DNA from: Clostridiales bacterium
GTDB taxonomy: Bacteria > Bacillota > Clostridia > Lachnospirales > Lachnospiraceae
DNA length: 64,000 nt
NCBI GenBank assembly: GCA_019423795.1
Contig: JAHZAT010000024.1
Coordinates: 336 to 64,335, forward strand
Reading direction: 5' to 3'
In this document: positions 43,074 to 53,538 of the stretch, in pieces
Position numbering within the stretch: the first letter of the stretch is position 1
Layout of the letters: every line of letters starts with the position of its first letter
Translations under genes and position numbers: made by a program
The notes under the pieces: generated by a model
What the model was told of the DNA's origin: nothing
The model's database searches: none
Seen by the model: the letters and a program-made list of their open reading frames with translations, nothing else

Positions 43074-43730
43074 TTATATGTATTTCTTTACAAATGTTCT
43101 TCTGTGAATATCGCAGATTCCCTGTTTTTTGATTCCTTCAATATGTGCTTTTGTTCCATATCCTTTGTTCTTTGCAAAATCATATCCCGGATAGACTGCA
43201 TCATATTCTTTCATCATTCGGTCTCTTGTAACTTTTGCAACAATACTTGCCGCTGCAATTGACGCACTTTTTGCATCACCTTTGATGATCGGTACCTGCT
43301 CGATGTCTACCTCTGGGATTGTAACTGCATCATTTAATAAAAGATCTGGTTTTACGGAAAGCTTTGAAATTGCCTGCTGCATTGCTTTATAGGTTGCCTG
43401 CAGGATATTGATCTCATCTATCACTTTCTCTGAAGACATTCCAATTCCGATTGCTACTGCTTTTTCATAAATCTCATCATATAAAAGTTCTCTTTTCTTC
43501 TCAGAAAGTTTCTTGGAATCATTCAGATATAAGATATCACAATCTTTTGGTAAAATCACTGCTGCTGCAACAACCGGACCTGCAAATGGTCCTCTTCCAA
43601 CTTCATCAATTCCGCAGATGGACTGACGATCCGCATATTCTCTCTCGAAAGAAAACATTTTATACATTCTTTCTTTTTCAAGTCTTAACTTTTCTAATTT
43701 TCTGGCTTCTCGCTCTTCTTTCTTTGTCAT
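43074..43730 (-). CDS. rnhB: Ribonuclease HII
   Basis: GIDEVGRGP, DSKKL, KGDAKS, SIVAKVTRD. Confidence 0.97.
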   Translation of the reverse strand: MTKKEEREARKLEKLRLEKERMYKMFSFEREYADRQSICGIDEVGRGPFAGPVVAAAVILPKDCDILYLNDSKKLSEKKRELLYDEIYEKAVAIGIGMSSEKVIDEINILQATYKAMQQAISKLSVKPDLLLNDAVTIPEVDIEQVPIIKGDAKSASIAAASIVAKVTRDRMMKEYDAVYPGYDFAKNKGYGTKAHIEGIKKQGICDIHRRTFVKKYI

Positions 43731-43740
43731 AAAATCCTTC

Positions 43741-44262
43741 CTATGGGCGGATCACTCCTGCACTCTTCCAAGGATAGAATCTAAAGACGACCCTTCCTGT
43801 AATCTCTGCCCTCTTTACTGTACCAACCTCTTTGTATCTGCTGTCATTGCTGTTATCTCTGTTATCCCCTAGAACAAAATATTCATCTGATTTAAGATGC
43901 AGTTCTGACTTCAACTCACATGGATCCGTTGTATGATCCTTAGAATAATCTTTCACTTCTTTATTGTTCACATAAACTTTTCCTTTTGCGATCTTCACAG
44001 TTTCTCCCGGAAGTGCGATCACTCGTTTCACAAAAAACTGATCCCCGCCTTCTGGACCAGGAAATACGATAATTTCGTATCTTTTAGGATTACGAAAACA
44101 ATATGTCAACTTATCTAACAACACTTGATCTTGGTCATGCAGCTGCGGCTCCATTGAATGCCCGCTTACTTTTGTTCTCTCTCCCACATATGTGATCATC
44201 AAAAAAGCAAATGCGATTGTGATCAGAATAGTTACCAGTAATCTTATTATACTTTTAAACAT
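43741..44262 (-). CDS. lepB: Signal peptidase I
   Basis: SMEP, KRVI, GDNRDNSNDSR. Confidence 0.93.
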   Translation of the reverse strand: MFKSIIRLLVTILITIAFAFLMITYVGERTKVSGHSMEPQLHDQDQVLLDKLTYCFRNPKRYEIIVFPGPEGGDQFFVKRVIALPGETVKIAKGKVYVNNKEVKDYSKDHTTDPCELKSELHLKSDEYFVLGDNRDNSNDSRYKEVGTVKRAEITGRVVFRFYPWKSAGVIRP

Positions 44263-44288
44263 TGTTTTACCTGCCCCATAAGAGACTT

Positions 44289-45146
44289 TTATGCCTCTTT
44301 TATTTCCTCTGGAACTTCCAAAGAAATCTTTCCTAATTTCCCATTTCTGAATTCTTCTAGCAGAATCTTGGATGCTTTTTCGTAATCTAATTCATTTCCT
44401 TTCATCTTACAATTACGATTCATTGCAACCTGCTCTAAAATCTTCACTTTGTCTTCGCTTTCATCTACCTGATAACGATCTGCTAAAATTCCTTTATAAT
44501 GATTTTTCAGATATTCGATCAGTTCAATTGCCATTTCATCTTGATTTAAAATCTCATCTCTGATAGACCCGATCAATGCAAGACGTAATCCAACCTGCTG
44601 ATCTTCAAATTTAGGCCACAAAATCCCTGGTGTGTCTAATAATTCAATATTTTTATTTAACTTGATCCATTGTTTTCCTTTTGTAACACCTGGTTTATTT
44701 CCTGTCTTTGTACAGGCTTTTCCAACCAGACTATTAATAAAGGTTGACTTCCCAACGTTTGGAATTCCTGCGATCATTGCTCTGATCGGACGATTTTTAA
44801 TTCCTCGTTTTCTGTCTCTTTCTAATTTTTCTTTGCACGCATCCATGACGATCGCCTGTGTCCCTTTGACACCTTTTCCGGATCTTGCATTTGTCCTTGC
44901 TACATAAAATCCTTTTTCTTTAAAATATTCTTCCCATTGTGCAGTCACTCGTTCATCCGCCATATCTGTCTTATTTAATAAGATCAGTCTTGATTTATTC
45001 GCTGCTAACTGGTCAATATCAGGGTTCCTGCTGCTTAGTGGAATTCTTGCATCCACAAGCTCGATCATGATATCGATCAGTTTCATATTTTCCTGCATCA
45101 TACGTTTTGCTTTGGTCATATGACCTGGGTACCACTGAAAATCCAT
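44289..45146 (-). CDS. rbgA: Ribosome biogenesis GTPase RbgA/YlqF
   Basis: QWYPGHM, DARIP, GIPNVGKS, DTPG. Confidence 0.97.
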   Translation of the reverse strand: MDFQWYPGHMTKAKRMMQENMKLIDIMIELVDARIPLSSRNPDIDQLAANKSRLILLNKTDMADERVTAQWEEYFKEKGFYVARTNARSGKGVKGTQAIVMDACKEKLERDRKRGIKNRPIRAMIAGIPNVGKSTFINSLVGKACTKTGNKPGVTKGKQWIKLNKNIELLDTPGILWPKFEDQQVGLRLALIGSIRDEILNQDEMAIELIEYLKNHYKGILADRYQVDESEDKVKILEQVAMNRNCKMKGNELDYEKASKILLEEFRNGKLGKISLEVPEEIKEA

Positions 45147-45170
45147 TTTTCTATCTCCTTCCCTCTGTTA

Positions 45171-45716
45171 TCACTGCCAGTATTTGATACCGACTTTTCC
45201 AACAATATTTGATCTTTTTATATTTCCAACACTTGCACTTCTGGAGTCCTCACTATTATTGTAGTTATCTCCTACGACAAAGTACTGTTCGCTCTTTAAT
45301 GTAATTTCTTCTGATGCAAGTCCTGCGGATAAAATCTTTTGACTGGAATATGCTTTTGTTTTCTTTCCATTTACATAAATTCGTCCATTCTTGATCTGAA
45401 CTTTTTCTCCAGGAAGTCCAACAACTCGTTTTACATAATAATTTCCATTCTTATCATCTGCCTTAAATACGATCACATCATATCTACTTGGTCCCTTGAT
45501 CTGATAGATCAAACGATTTACCAGATGCTTTTCACCTTTTTTGATCGATGGTGACATTGAATCTCCCTGAATCGTAAAACTGAAACATACGAATCGCACG
45601 ATCAAAAATGCAAGTAACACAACACCTACAAATTTAAGTGCATATTGAATAATAATTTCTCTTTGCTGACGTTGTTTCTTACGCATCTGATAGGTCATTG
45701 TATATCCTTTCCTCAT
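45171..45716 (-). CDS. Signal peptidase I (second paralog)
   Basis: SMSP, KRVV, GDNYNNSEDSR. Confidence 0.9.
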   Translation of the reverse strand: MRKGYTMTYQMRKKQRQQREIIIQYALKFVGVVLLAFLIVRFVCFSFTIQGDSMSPSIKKGEKHLVNRLIYQIKGPSRYDVIVFKADDKNGNYYVKRVVGLPGEKVQIKNGRIYVNGKKTKAYSSQKILSAGLASEEITLKSEQYFVVGDNYNNSEDSRSASVGNIKRSNIVGKVGIKYWQ

Positions 45717-45833
45717 AGAGAACTCCTTTCCTTATATAATTTCTCTGTGTGATATTATATAGCAAAATCCTATATAATAAAACAGGGATAAGCTTATACA
45801 GCCTATCCCTCTCTTTTGATAATCTCTGTCTGA

Positions 45834-46181
45834 TTATACTCTTTCTTTTACTTTTGCTGCTTTACCAACACGATCACGTAAGTAGTATAATTTAGCACGT
45901 CTTACTTTACCACGTCTTACTACTTCAATCTTTTCGATGATTGGAGAATGTACTGGCCATGTTTTTTCAACACCAACACCACTTGCCTGTTTTCTTACAG
46001 TAAATGTTTCGCGTGCTCCACCATTCTGTCTTTTGATGACTGTTCCTTCGAAAACCTGGATTCTTTCACGGTTTCCTTCTTTTACTTTCGCGTGAACTCT
46101 TACAGTGTCTCCTGTTTTGAATTCAGCAACTTCTCTTAACTGTGCATCTTCGATGCTTTTAATAATATCCTGTGCGCTCAT
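45834..46181 (-). CDS. rplS: 50S ribosomal protein L19
   Basis: [28 protein letters not shown]; start MSAQD after AAGGAGG. Confidence 0.98.
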   Translation of the reverse strand: MSAQDIIKSIEDAQLREVAEFKTGDTVRVHAKVKEGNRERIQVFEGTVIKRQNGGARETFTVRKQASGVGVEKTWPVHSPIIEKIEVVRRGKVRRAKLYYLRDRVGKAAKVKERV

Positions 46182-46205
46182 TGTTGTTCCTCCTTGAACG
46201 TTTTT

Positions 46206-46242
46206 AGATGTTCTTAATACCAAATGTAACAGAGGACCATCC
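46206..46242 (-). promoter_or_regulatory. L19 ribosomal protein leader
   Basis: GGATGGTCCTCTGT...AAGAACATCT hairpin directly upstream of rplS, matching the Bacillota L19-leader pattern. Confidence 0.7.
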
Positions 46243-46351
46243 ATATTTATAACAACTTGAACATATTATCATATTTTTTTGTATGCTGCAAGCCTTTTTT
46301 TGTATTTTTTTCAATTCAGATATCTTTATATGCTTGCTCTATATATTAGTA

Positions 46352-47191
46352 TTAAATTAATACAAATTTCTCCATCGCCTTGGCAACACCATTTTTCTCA
46401 TTCGTTACCGTAATATAATCTGCAATCTCTTTTATTTCATCGATTCCATTTTCCATGGCTACAGAAAATCCTGAGCATTCTAACAATTCCCTGTCATTAT
46501 CTGCATCTCCACAGCCCATGACCTCTTCCCTTTTAATTCCAAGACTCTTAGCCAAATGAAGAAGCCCATCTCCTTTATTACATCCTTTTTTGGATATTTC
46601 AATGTTCTTTGGAAGAGAACTTGAATACTGGATATCATCAAATCTTTCTAATGCTTTCCAGACCTTTGCTCTTTCTTCCTTTGTACGAAATAATAAAGTT
46701 ATTTTCTCTACTGTTTCCGTCTTGTCATGTTCTTTTAAAAAATCTTCCAGATCATTGATCAGTTTTCTTGAATTATGAATGATCGCTTTCGTATTAGAAT
46801 CTAATTGATAATAATCAACATTTTCCATGTCTTTTCTCGCAGCATATGATTGTCCATTCATACTGTAACTTTGCATTACATCAAATTGTTTTAGAAAATC
46901 CATTAATTCCAAAATCCTTTTTTGCTCAAACTGATTTTTATAAAGAACTTTCTTTTCTTTTAAATCATAGATTGTCGCCCCATTACTGAAAATCCCATAA
47001 CGGATTTCTTCCATATCTTTTAATTCTTGTGGAAGTGCATTGACCGCTCGTCCTGTTGCAGGTGCAAAAACAACACCTTGACTAACCGCACGTCGGATGA
47101 CATTCTGTGTATATTGTGTGATCTTACGTTCTCTATTTAAAAGGGTTCCATCCATATCAACCGCAACAAGTCTGATCTTACTTGTTCCCAT
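46352..47191 (-). CDS. Cof-type HAD-IIB hydrolase
   Basis: DMDGTLL, ATGR, NGA, GDADND. Confidence 0.92.
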   Translation of the reverse strand: MGTSKIRLVAVDMDGTLLNRERKITQYTQNVIRRAVSQGVVFAPATGRAVNALPQELKDMEEIRYGIFSNGATIYDLKEKKVLYKNQFEQKRILELMDFLKQFDVMQSYSMNGQSYAARKDMENVDYYQLDSNTKAIIHNSRKLINDLEDFLKEHDKTETVEKITLLFRTKEERAKVWKALERFDDIQYSSSLPKNIEISKKGCNKGDGLLHLAKSLGIKREEVMGCGDADNDRELLECSGFSVAMENGIDEIKEIADYITVTNEKNGVAKAMEKFVLI

Positions 47192-47897
47192 TGTTTTCTT
47201 CCATCTCCTTCTCATATGCTTTCCAAAGATCTGGTCTTCTCTCTTTGGTTCGTTTCACTGACTGTTCATGTCTCCATTTGCGGATATTCTCATGATGCCC
47301 TGAGAGAAGGACTTCTGGTACTTCTTTATCTAAGAATACAGGTGGTCTTGTGTACTGCGGATATTCAAGCAATCCATTTTCAAAGGATTCATCCCCTGCG
47401 GAATCATCATTATGTAAGACTCCTGGAACCAGTCTTGAAATCGAATCAATCATAACCATTGCTGGAAGTTCACCTCCAGTCAATACATAATCCCCAATAG
47501 ATACATAATCTGTAACGATCTCTTCTAAAACTCTCTCATCGATTCCTTCATAATGTCCACATAAAAAGACCAATTCTTCTTCCTTTGCAAGTTCTTTTGC
47601 CATCTCCTGATGAAACGTTGTTCCCTGCGGAGTCAAATAAACGACTCTTGGCTTTTTCTTCATGTTTTTTGTAAGATCTTTATACGCACGATAAACCGGC
47701 TCCGGCTGCATCACAAGTCCAGCTCCACCTCCATATGGATAATCATCTACTTTCATATGCTTATTGGTAGAATAATCACGGATATTAACCGCATTGATCT
47801 CAAGAAGTCCTGCATCGATCGCTCTGCCGATAATACTTGTATTAAGCCCATCCATTACCATCTTTGGAAACAATGTTAATATATGAAATCTATTCAT
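47178..47897 (-). CDS. trmD: tRNA (guanine37-N1)-methyltransferase
   Basis: [30 protein letters not shown]. Confidence 0.98.
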   Translation of the reverse strand: MNRFHILTLFPKMVMDGLNTSIIGRAIDAGLLEINAVNIRDYSTNKHMKVDDYPYGGGAGLVMQPEPVYRAYKDLTKNMKKKPRVVYLTPQGTTFHQEMAKELAKEEELVFLCGHYEGIDERVLEEIVTDYVSIGDYVLTGGELPAMVMIDSISRLVPGVLHNDDSAGDESFENGLLEYPQYTRPPVFLDKEVPEVLLSGHHENIRKWRHEQSVKRTKERRPDLWKAYEKEMEENNGNK

Positions 47898-48405
47898 CTA
47901 ATAATCCTTTCATCACATGAACTGTAATCTCGCCTTTTTGAAGATCTACTTTCTTGATACATTCTCTGATCGCCGGAAGCAAAATTTCTTTCCCATCTTC
48001 CATTTTCACTTCATAGACATCATTTGCACCCGTCTGTAAAACATCTGTTAATTTTCCAAGAACTTCTCCATTATCCTCTCTGATCACAGAAAGGCCGATC
48101 AGATCTGCAATAAAGTATTCATCTTTACCAAGAGGCACTGCCTGATCTCTTGTAACAAACAGTCCTTTTCTCTTATACATCTCTACTTCATTAATATTTG
48201 TAAATTCTTTAAATTTTAAAACTGGCTGATTCTTTACGAATTTACATGATACTACATGTAATAATTTTCTTTCTTTTCCTGTATCTAAATATACTTCTTT
48301 TAATTTCTTAAATCGTTTGATATCATCTGTCATCGGAAATACTTTGACTTCCCCTGCGATACCATGTGTGTTCGCGATCGCTCCTACTTGTAAGAATTCT
48401 TCCAT
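47890..48405 (-). CDS. rimM: Ribosome maturation factor RimM
   Basis: [25 protein letters not shown]. Confidence 0.96.
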   Translation of the reverse strand: MEEFLQVGAIANTHGIAGEVKVFPMTDDIKRFKKLKEVYLDTGKERKLLHVVSCKFVKNQPVLKFKEFTNINEVEMYKRKGLFVTRDQAVPLGKDEYFIADLIGLSVIREDNGEVLGKLTDVLQTGANDVYEVKMEDGKEILLPAIRECIKKVDLQKGEITVHVMKGLLDE

Positions 48406-48477
48406 AAGTTTAATTCCTTTCATTTATTTTCTTCTTATTTATTGTATAGAAAGGTTTGGGAAAACTCAACTAGTTTT

Positions 48478-48598
48478 TTTCATGACAGAAGATATGAAGT
48501 TTGAATGTATCTCAAACTTCTCATCAAATCAGTGTTCTTAAGTTCCTTTGATCTTCTGTTAACGAATACAAAAGCCTACCATCGCAAATTAGAATTTA
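48478..48598. repeat. Partial copy of the H2-family repeat, ending in the stop-codon motif
   Basis: TTGAATGTAT..TCAAATCAGTGTTCTTAA..CCTTT.ATCTTC.GT.AACGAATACAAAA aligns with 55713-55785 and, inverted, with about 7183-7232. Confidence 0.85.
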
Positions 48599-48900
48599 TC
48601 CCCACACTTCTTCTGCGATTTCTTTTACAAGTTTAAGTTTTGCCCACTGCTGTTCTTCTGTCAGTTTATTTCCGATCTCGCATGACGCGAATCCGCACTG
48701 TGGGCTTAAATATAGGCGGTCAAGTAGTACATATTTTGCTGCTTCATGAATTCTTGCGATCACTTTTTCTTTGTCTTCTGGTTCTGGTGTTTTTGTAGTC
48801 ACTAGTCCTAAAACTACTTTCTTATCTCCGCTTACTTTCGCAAGTGGCGCAAATCCTCCTGATCTCTTATCATCATATTCCAGATAATATGCATTGACTG
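48596..48900 (-). pseudogene. C-terminal fragment of a cobalamin-independent methionine synthase-like (MetE/YxjH) protein
   Basis: VNAYYLEYDDKRSGGFAPL..VVLGLVTTK..LSPQCGFAS..KLKLVKEIAEEVWG; the 5' two-thirds is missing. Confidence 0.85.
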
Positions 48901-49063
48901 ATTATCTCTGTGCGTATCAACTCTTACATAATCGATCCTGGTTCCAATGTCCATTCTTAATCACCTGATACGTCGGTAAATTCTCTAGCTACTCTTCTGA
49001 TCGTTTATTTATTTTTTATCATATACTCGAAATCTACAGTTGGCCAATTACAAAATTTAAAAT

Positions 49064-50515
49064 TTATTTCAATGCCGCCAATGTCTTAACAACCAGTTCC
49101 CATGTACGTTCCGTAGATGAAATACTCAATACTTCATTTGTCGTATGAATATGTTCCATCTGAGGACCAAAGGATACCGCATCAAGTCCTGGTAATTTTG
49201 AAGCAAAGATTCCACATTCCAGTCCTGCATGAATTCCTTCAACCACAGGTTCTTCTCCATTGTATAAATCTTTGTATGCCTCAACCATAACTTCACGTAG
49301 TCTGGAATCTGCTTTATACTCCCATCCTGGATATGGTCCTACGATTTCTATCTCTCCACCTAATGTTTCAGACAGAGATGTCAATTGAGCGATCAGATAC
49401 TGTTTCTCTGTTTCACTGGAACTTCTAACTGCAAATGTCATCTGTACTTCAGAATCTTTCGTTATTAAAATTCCCATATTTAGTGATGTCTGTACCAATC
49501 CTTCAATCTCTGGATTCATTCTCTGAACACCATTTGGCATATGAACCATTGCAGTCACTACTGCAAATGTTGTATCTTCTGTAAATGTCTCTACGTCAGC
49601 AGTTTCTTTTACATTTACTGTTAATCTTGCACCAGGATCTGTCACTTTATATTCTTCTTTGATCTGTGCAAATGTATTTTCAATGATCTGTTTTGCTTCT
49701 TCTACTTCTTCTGGAAGTACTGCAACAGATGCTTCGCTGAATTTCGCGATCGCATTGTCTTTTTCTCCACCATTTACTGAAACAAGCTGCATTTCAACCT
49801 CATTGAACAAACTTAACAACACTCTTGCCATTGCACAGTTTGCATTCATACGTCCTTTGATGATCTCAACTCCAGAATGTCCACCTGTAAATCCATCCAT
49901 TTTAATCTCGATGACTGATGCATTGACTGTTTCTGTCTCATATGGAATCTTGCAGATCACAGATGCTCCACCTGCACAGCTGACTGTGAATACGCCCTCA
50001 TCTTCAGAGTCCATATTCATAAATAAACGTCCTTTCAGATCAGAAACATCAATGGTTGCTGCTCCTAACATACCGATTTCTTCATTGACTGTGAAAATCG
50101 CTTCAATCGGTGGATGTGCCATTTCTTCATCATCTAATACGGCAAGTGTGTATGCAACGGCGATTCCATCATCTCCACCTAAGGAAGTTCCTTTGGCTAA
50201 AATATAATCTCCATCAATTTCTAAGTCTAATCCTTCTTTTTCCATATCTTTGTCGCAGTCTGATTCTTTCACTGCTACCATATCCATATGTCCCTGAAGG
50301 ATGACTGGATCAGAATCTTCATACCCTTTTGATCCATCTTTCCAGATGATCACATTTAAATCTTCATCCTGTCTGTATTTTAATCCATGTGCTTTCGCAA
50401 AATCTACCAGATAATCACTGATCTGCTGTAAATTTCTTGACCCATGAGGGATTGCACAAATCTCCTCAAAATATTGAAATACTTTGTTTGGCTGTAATTC
50501 TCCTAATACTGACAT
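49064..50515 (-). CDS. pepD: Aminoacyl-histidine dipeptidase (M20C)
   Basis: IPHGS, QGHMDMV, LGGDDG, EEIGM, HAGLECG; start moved to MSVLGE. Confidence 0.94.
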   Translation of the reverse strand: MSVLGELQPNKVFQYFEEICAIPHGSRNLQQISDYLVDFAKAHGLKYRQDEDLNVIIWKDGSKGYEDSDPVILQGHMDMVAVKESDCDKDMEKEGLDLEIDGDYILAKGTSLGGDDGIAVAYTLAVLDDEEMAHPPIEAIFTVNEEIGMLGAATIDVSDLKGRLFMNMDSEDEGVFTVSCAGGASVICKIPYETETVNASVIEIKMDGFTGGHSGVEIIKGRMNANCAMARVLLSLFNEVEMQLVSVNGGEKDNAIAKFSEASVAVLPEEVEEAKQIIENTFAQIKEEYKVTDPGARLTVNVKETADVETFTEDTTFAVVTAMVHMPNGVQRMNPEIEGLVQTSLNMGILITKDSEVQMTFAVRSSSETEKQYLIAQLTSLSETLGGEIEIVGPYPGWEYKADSRLREVMVEAYKDLYNGEEPVVEGIHAGLECGIFASKLPGLDAVSFGPQMEHIHTTNEVLSISSTERTWELVVKTLAALK

Positions 50516-50528
50516 CTCTATGTCCTCC

Positions 50529-50873
50529 TTATTTTTTATGCATTTTATAACGACTACCCTCTTTTTCAAGCTGGTTCGTCTTCAGCATATATTCTACAAG
50601 TTTTTTTGCATAGTCTCTCTTATCCTTTACAACCGCTCTATTTCTTGAAAATGGCTGTTTTGCTTCGAGACCTTCGCAAATTTGTTCCACTTGTGAAATT
50701 GTAATGTATTCATTTTGTTTTAAATACTTTTTTATTTTATCCTGTCCTTTGCTAAAAAGCAAATTCATCAGGTCATTTGTCTGATTCTTTTGTTTAACGA
50801 TTCCCCATCCATATAGGATCATCGTCGCTATGGCAAATAAAACAATACCTATGATCGCTGTTGATAATTTCAT
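50529..50873 (-). CDS. Hypothetical single-TM protein
   Basis: N-terminal TM helix, 114 aa, operonic. Confidence 0.7.
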   Translation of the reverse strand: MKLSTAIIGIVLFAIATMILYGWGIVKQKNQTNDLMNLLFSKGQDKIKKYLKQNEYITISQVEQICEGLEAKQPFSRNRAVVKDKRDYAKKLVEYMLKTNQLEKEGSRYKMHKK

Positions 50874-50899
50874 TTTAAATTCCTTTTACCTAATAAGGT

Positions 50900-51238
50900 T
50901 TATTCTTCAAAAATAATGTATTTGTTTCTTTCTAAAATTGCAAAATATTGTGACAATCTCTCGTATAATTGTGTCGCTGCACCTTCATGAGCGCTTTCAA
51001 GTTCTTTCCCTATCTCGTAAATACTTTTCTTTCCATCGATCTTCTGCCACACAAAACTTCCATATTCATCTAATTTGATGAAACTATATCGTGGCCTTTT
51101 AAACAATTTCTGTGCGATTGTATTATAGAATCCCTTATTTTCTACAGTGATTTCTACAATTCCATCTTCTAATACTTCCCATTTCATATCATTGATCTTC
51201 GGGATATGATCAATATAATTCTTCTTATCTTTCATCAA
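50900..51238 (-). CDS. PqqD family protein (RRE-like fold)
   Basis: IKLDEYGSFVWQKIDGKKSIYEI...ERLSQYFAILERNKYI is a PqqD-like pattern. Confidence 0.8.
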   Translation of the reverse strand: MMKDKKNYIDHIPKINDMKWEVLEDGIVEITVENKGFYNTIAQKLFKRPRYSFIKLDEYGSFVWQKIDGKKSIYEIGKELESAHEGAATQLYERLSQYFAILERNKYIIFEE

Positions 51239-51252
51239 TTCACCTTTTTATT

Positions 51253-51288
51253 TAGAAAGCACTACTGCATGATCGCAGCAGTGCTTTC
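51253..51288. terminator. Intra-operon hairpin after the OPT gene
   Basis: AGAAAGCACTACTGC ATGATC GCAGCAGTGCTTTCT. Confidence 0.55.
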
Positions 51289-51315
51289 TTCTCACTGAAA
51301 TACATATTTATTTTA

Positions 51316-53256
51316 TTATTTTTCTGCATCTACTTCAATCGTCTTTTTATTTCTTGTGAAGTAGAATAGTGTAGCAAGTAATACTATAAACGCTACTAAA
51401 CCAACCCAGTTGCCAGTCGTTTCAAAAGCTCCTCCATATACGGAAGAAAGATCGATCTTATCCGCAACATTAAATACTGCTAATACAGCAAGAAGGATAC
51501 CAACGATACCTTCTCCTGCGATCATACCTGCCGCATAAAGGACACCTCTGTCTGATCCATCTTTTCTCGCTTTATCACTGTCGTATTTTTTCTTATTGTC
51601 AACAAACCAACGAATAACTCCACCAACCATGATTGGTGCACTTAAGTAAATTGGTAAATAAAGACCAATAGAGAATGCTAATACTGGAATTCCAAGGATC
51701 TCAACAACAATGGCGATAAATGCTCCCATGAAGATCAATACCCATGGTAATGTACCACCCATAACACCTTCAACAACCATCTTCATCAAAGTTGCCTGTG
51801 GTGCAGGAATCTGGTCAGAACCGAATCCCCATGCTGCATTCAGAAGATACATAACTCCTCCAATTGCAAATGCTGCCACAATAGCACCGATCAATTCACC
51901 GATCTGCTGTAATCTAGGTGTCGCACCTACGATATAACCTGTCTTTAAATCCTGTGAAGTATCACCAGCCATAGCTGCAATGATACAAATAACTGTACCA
52001 ATGGAAATTGCTGATACCATACCTGTTGCTCCTGTATTACCAGTTGCTTTTAAGATAAATGTTGTTACGATCAGTGTTGCGATCGCCATACCTGATACTG
52101 GGTTATTGCTACTTCCTACAATACCAACCATTCTGGATGATACAGTTGCAAAGAAGAAACCAAAGACAACGATCATCAATGCTCCTAAGAGGCTTACTGG
52201 AATCTCTGGTAATAACCAGATTAAAGCTGCAATGATCAATACTCCTCCAAGAACAACTTTCATAGATAAATCCTGCTGCGTTCTTAGCTGACTATCACCT
52301 GTCTTACCAAATCCTTTCATGGCATGTCCAAATGTCTTAACCATAGTAGGAAATGTCTTGATCAAACTGATCAGTCCACCTGCTGCTACAGCACCTGCAC
52401 CGATATATCTGACATAATTACTCCAGATCTGAGAAGCAGATAACTGATTAAAAGCTAGTGCCTTTCCTGCTTCATCAACAACCTTTGATACAGAATCTCC
52501 ACCAAAATAAGCGATTGCAGGAATTAACACAAGATATGATAACACACCACCTGCGAAAATATAACTTGATACCTGTGCTCCACAGATATAACCTACACCT
52601 GCTAACGCTGGAAGGACATCCATACCAACAGAGGTTGTATAATTTCCCTGCATTGAGAATTGAACTTCACTAGGGAAAAGTTTTAAACCATCTGCAATAA
52701 ATTTATAAACTGCTGCAATTCCAAGTCCTGCAAATACAACTTTTGATTTGCTTCCACCCTGTTCTCCGGCTAAAAGTACTTCTGCACAAGCTGTTCCTTC
52801 AGGATAAGGAAGTGTTCCATGTTCTTCTACGATCAGGGCTGTACGAAGAGGTACCATAAAAAGTACTCCTAAAATACCACCGCAAAGAGCGATCAATGCA
52901 ATAGATACGAAAGATGGAGCACTCACTCCACTTCCTTTTTCTGATGCCCAGATAAAAATAGCAGGAATTGTAAAAATTGCTCCTGCCGCTAATGATTCAC
53001 CTGCTGAACCAATTGTCTGTACCATGTTATTCTCAAGAATGGAATCTTTCTTTAAGATCATTCGGATCACACCCATAGAAATAACTGCCGCTGGAATAGA
53101 GGCTGATACAGTCATACCAACTCTTAATCCTAAATAAGCGTTGGCACCACCAAATATAACCGCTAGGATCATACCAAGAATTACTGATGTAACTGTAAAT
53201 TCAGGTAACACTTTATCTGCGGGAATAAATGGCTTAAAGTCATTTTTCTTTTCCAT
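51316..53256 (-). CDS. OPT family oligopeptide transporter
   Basis: ANAYLGLRVGMTVSASIPAAVI, ENNMVQT, YPEGTA, SQDLKTG, APQATLM. Confidence 0.95.
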   Translation of the reverse strand: MEKKNDFKPFIPADKVLPEFTVTSVILGMILAVIFGGANAYLGLRVGMTVSASIPAAVISMGVIRMILKKDSILENNMVQTIGSAGESLAAGAIFTIPAIFIWASEKGSGVSAPSFVSIALIALCGGILGVLFMVPLRTALIVEEHGTLPYPEGTACAEVLLAGEQGGSKSKVVFAGLGIAAVYKFIADGLKLFPSEVQFSMQGNYTTSVGMDVLPALAGVGYICGAQVSSYIFAGGVLSYLVLIPAIAYFGGDSVSKVVDEAGKALAFNQLSASQIWSNYVRYIGAGAVAAGGLISLIKTFPTMVKTFGHAMKGFGKTGDSQLRTQQDLSMKVVLGGVLIIAALIWLLPEIPVSLLGALMIVVFGFFFATVSSRMVGIVGSSNNPVSGMAIATLIVTTFILKATGNTGATGMVSAISIGTVICIIAAMAGDTSQDLKTGYIVGATPRLQQIGELIGAIVAAFAIGGVMYLLNAAWGFGSDQIPAPQATLMKMVVEGVMGGTLPWVLIFMGAFIAIVVEILGIPVLAFSIGLYLPIYLSAPIMVGGVIRWFVDNKKKYDSDKARKDGSDRGVLYAAGMIAGEGIVGILLAVLAVFNVADKIDLSSVYGGAFETTGNWVGLVAFIVLLATLFYFTRNKKTIEVDAEK

Positions 53257-53439
53257 TTTTCTCTCCTATTTTCAATATATATTTCACTGTATCTCTCTAT
53301 TATACTAAATTGTTGAAGAAAATGGAACCCCTTATTTTTTAAAATTCTAACCCGTCATTCAACACATCTTACGTTTTTCCCTGATTTCATCCAATAAGTC
53401 ACTTGCTCCACTTCCCAATAAAAACCACAATTCCATCAA

Positions 53440-53538
53440 ACATTTCATATTATCTGTCTGAGAAAACCTTAATTCTTATCTGATACCATTCTCCATACAC
53501 ACCACATTAAATTGGCCAACTCCACAACTTAAAATTTA
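53440..53538. repeat. Diverged partial copy of the H2-family repeat plus the stop-codon motif
   Basis: Reverse complement GTATGGAGAATGGTATCAGATAAGAATTAAGGTTTTCTCAGACAG aligns with GTGTGGAGAATGTTATTGGCTATAAATTAGGAATTTCTCAGACAG at about 55657-55700. Confidence 0.65.

Noticed and set aside
43741..45716. Two signal peptidase I genes flanking rbgA
   Set aside because: Paralogous lepB genes near rplS-rbgA-rnhB are common in clostridia.
50900..51238. RiPP biosynthetic cluster around the PqqD-like gene
   Set aside because: No precursor peptide or maturase is visible in the window.
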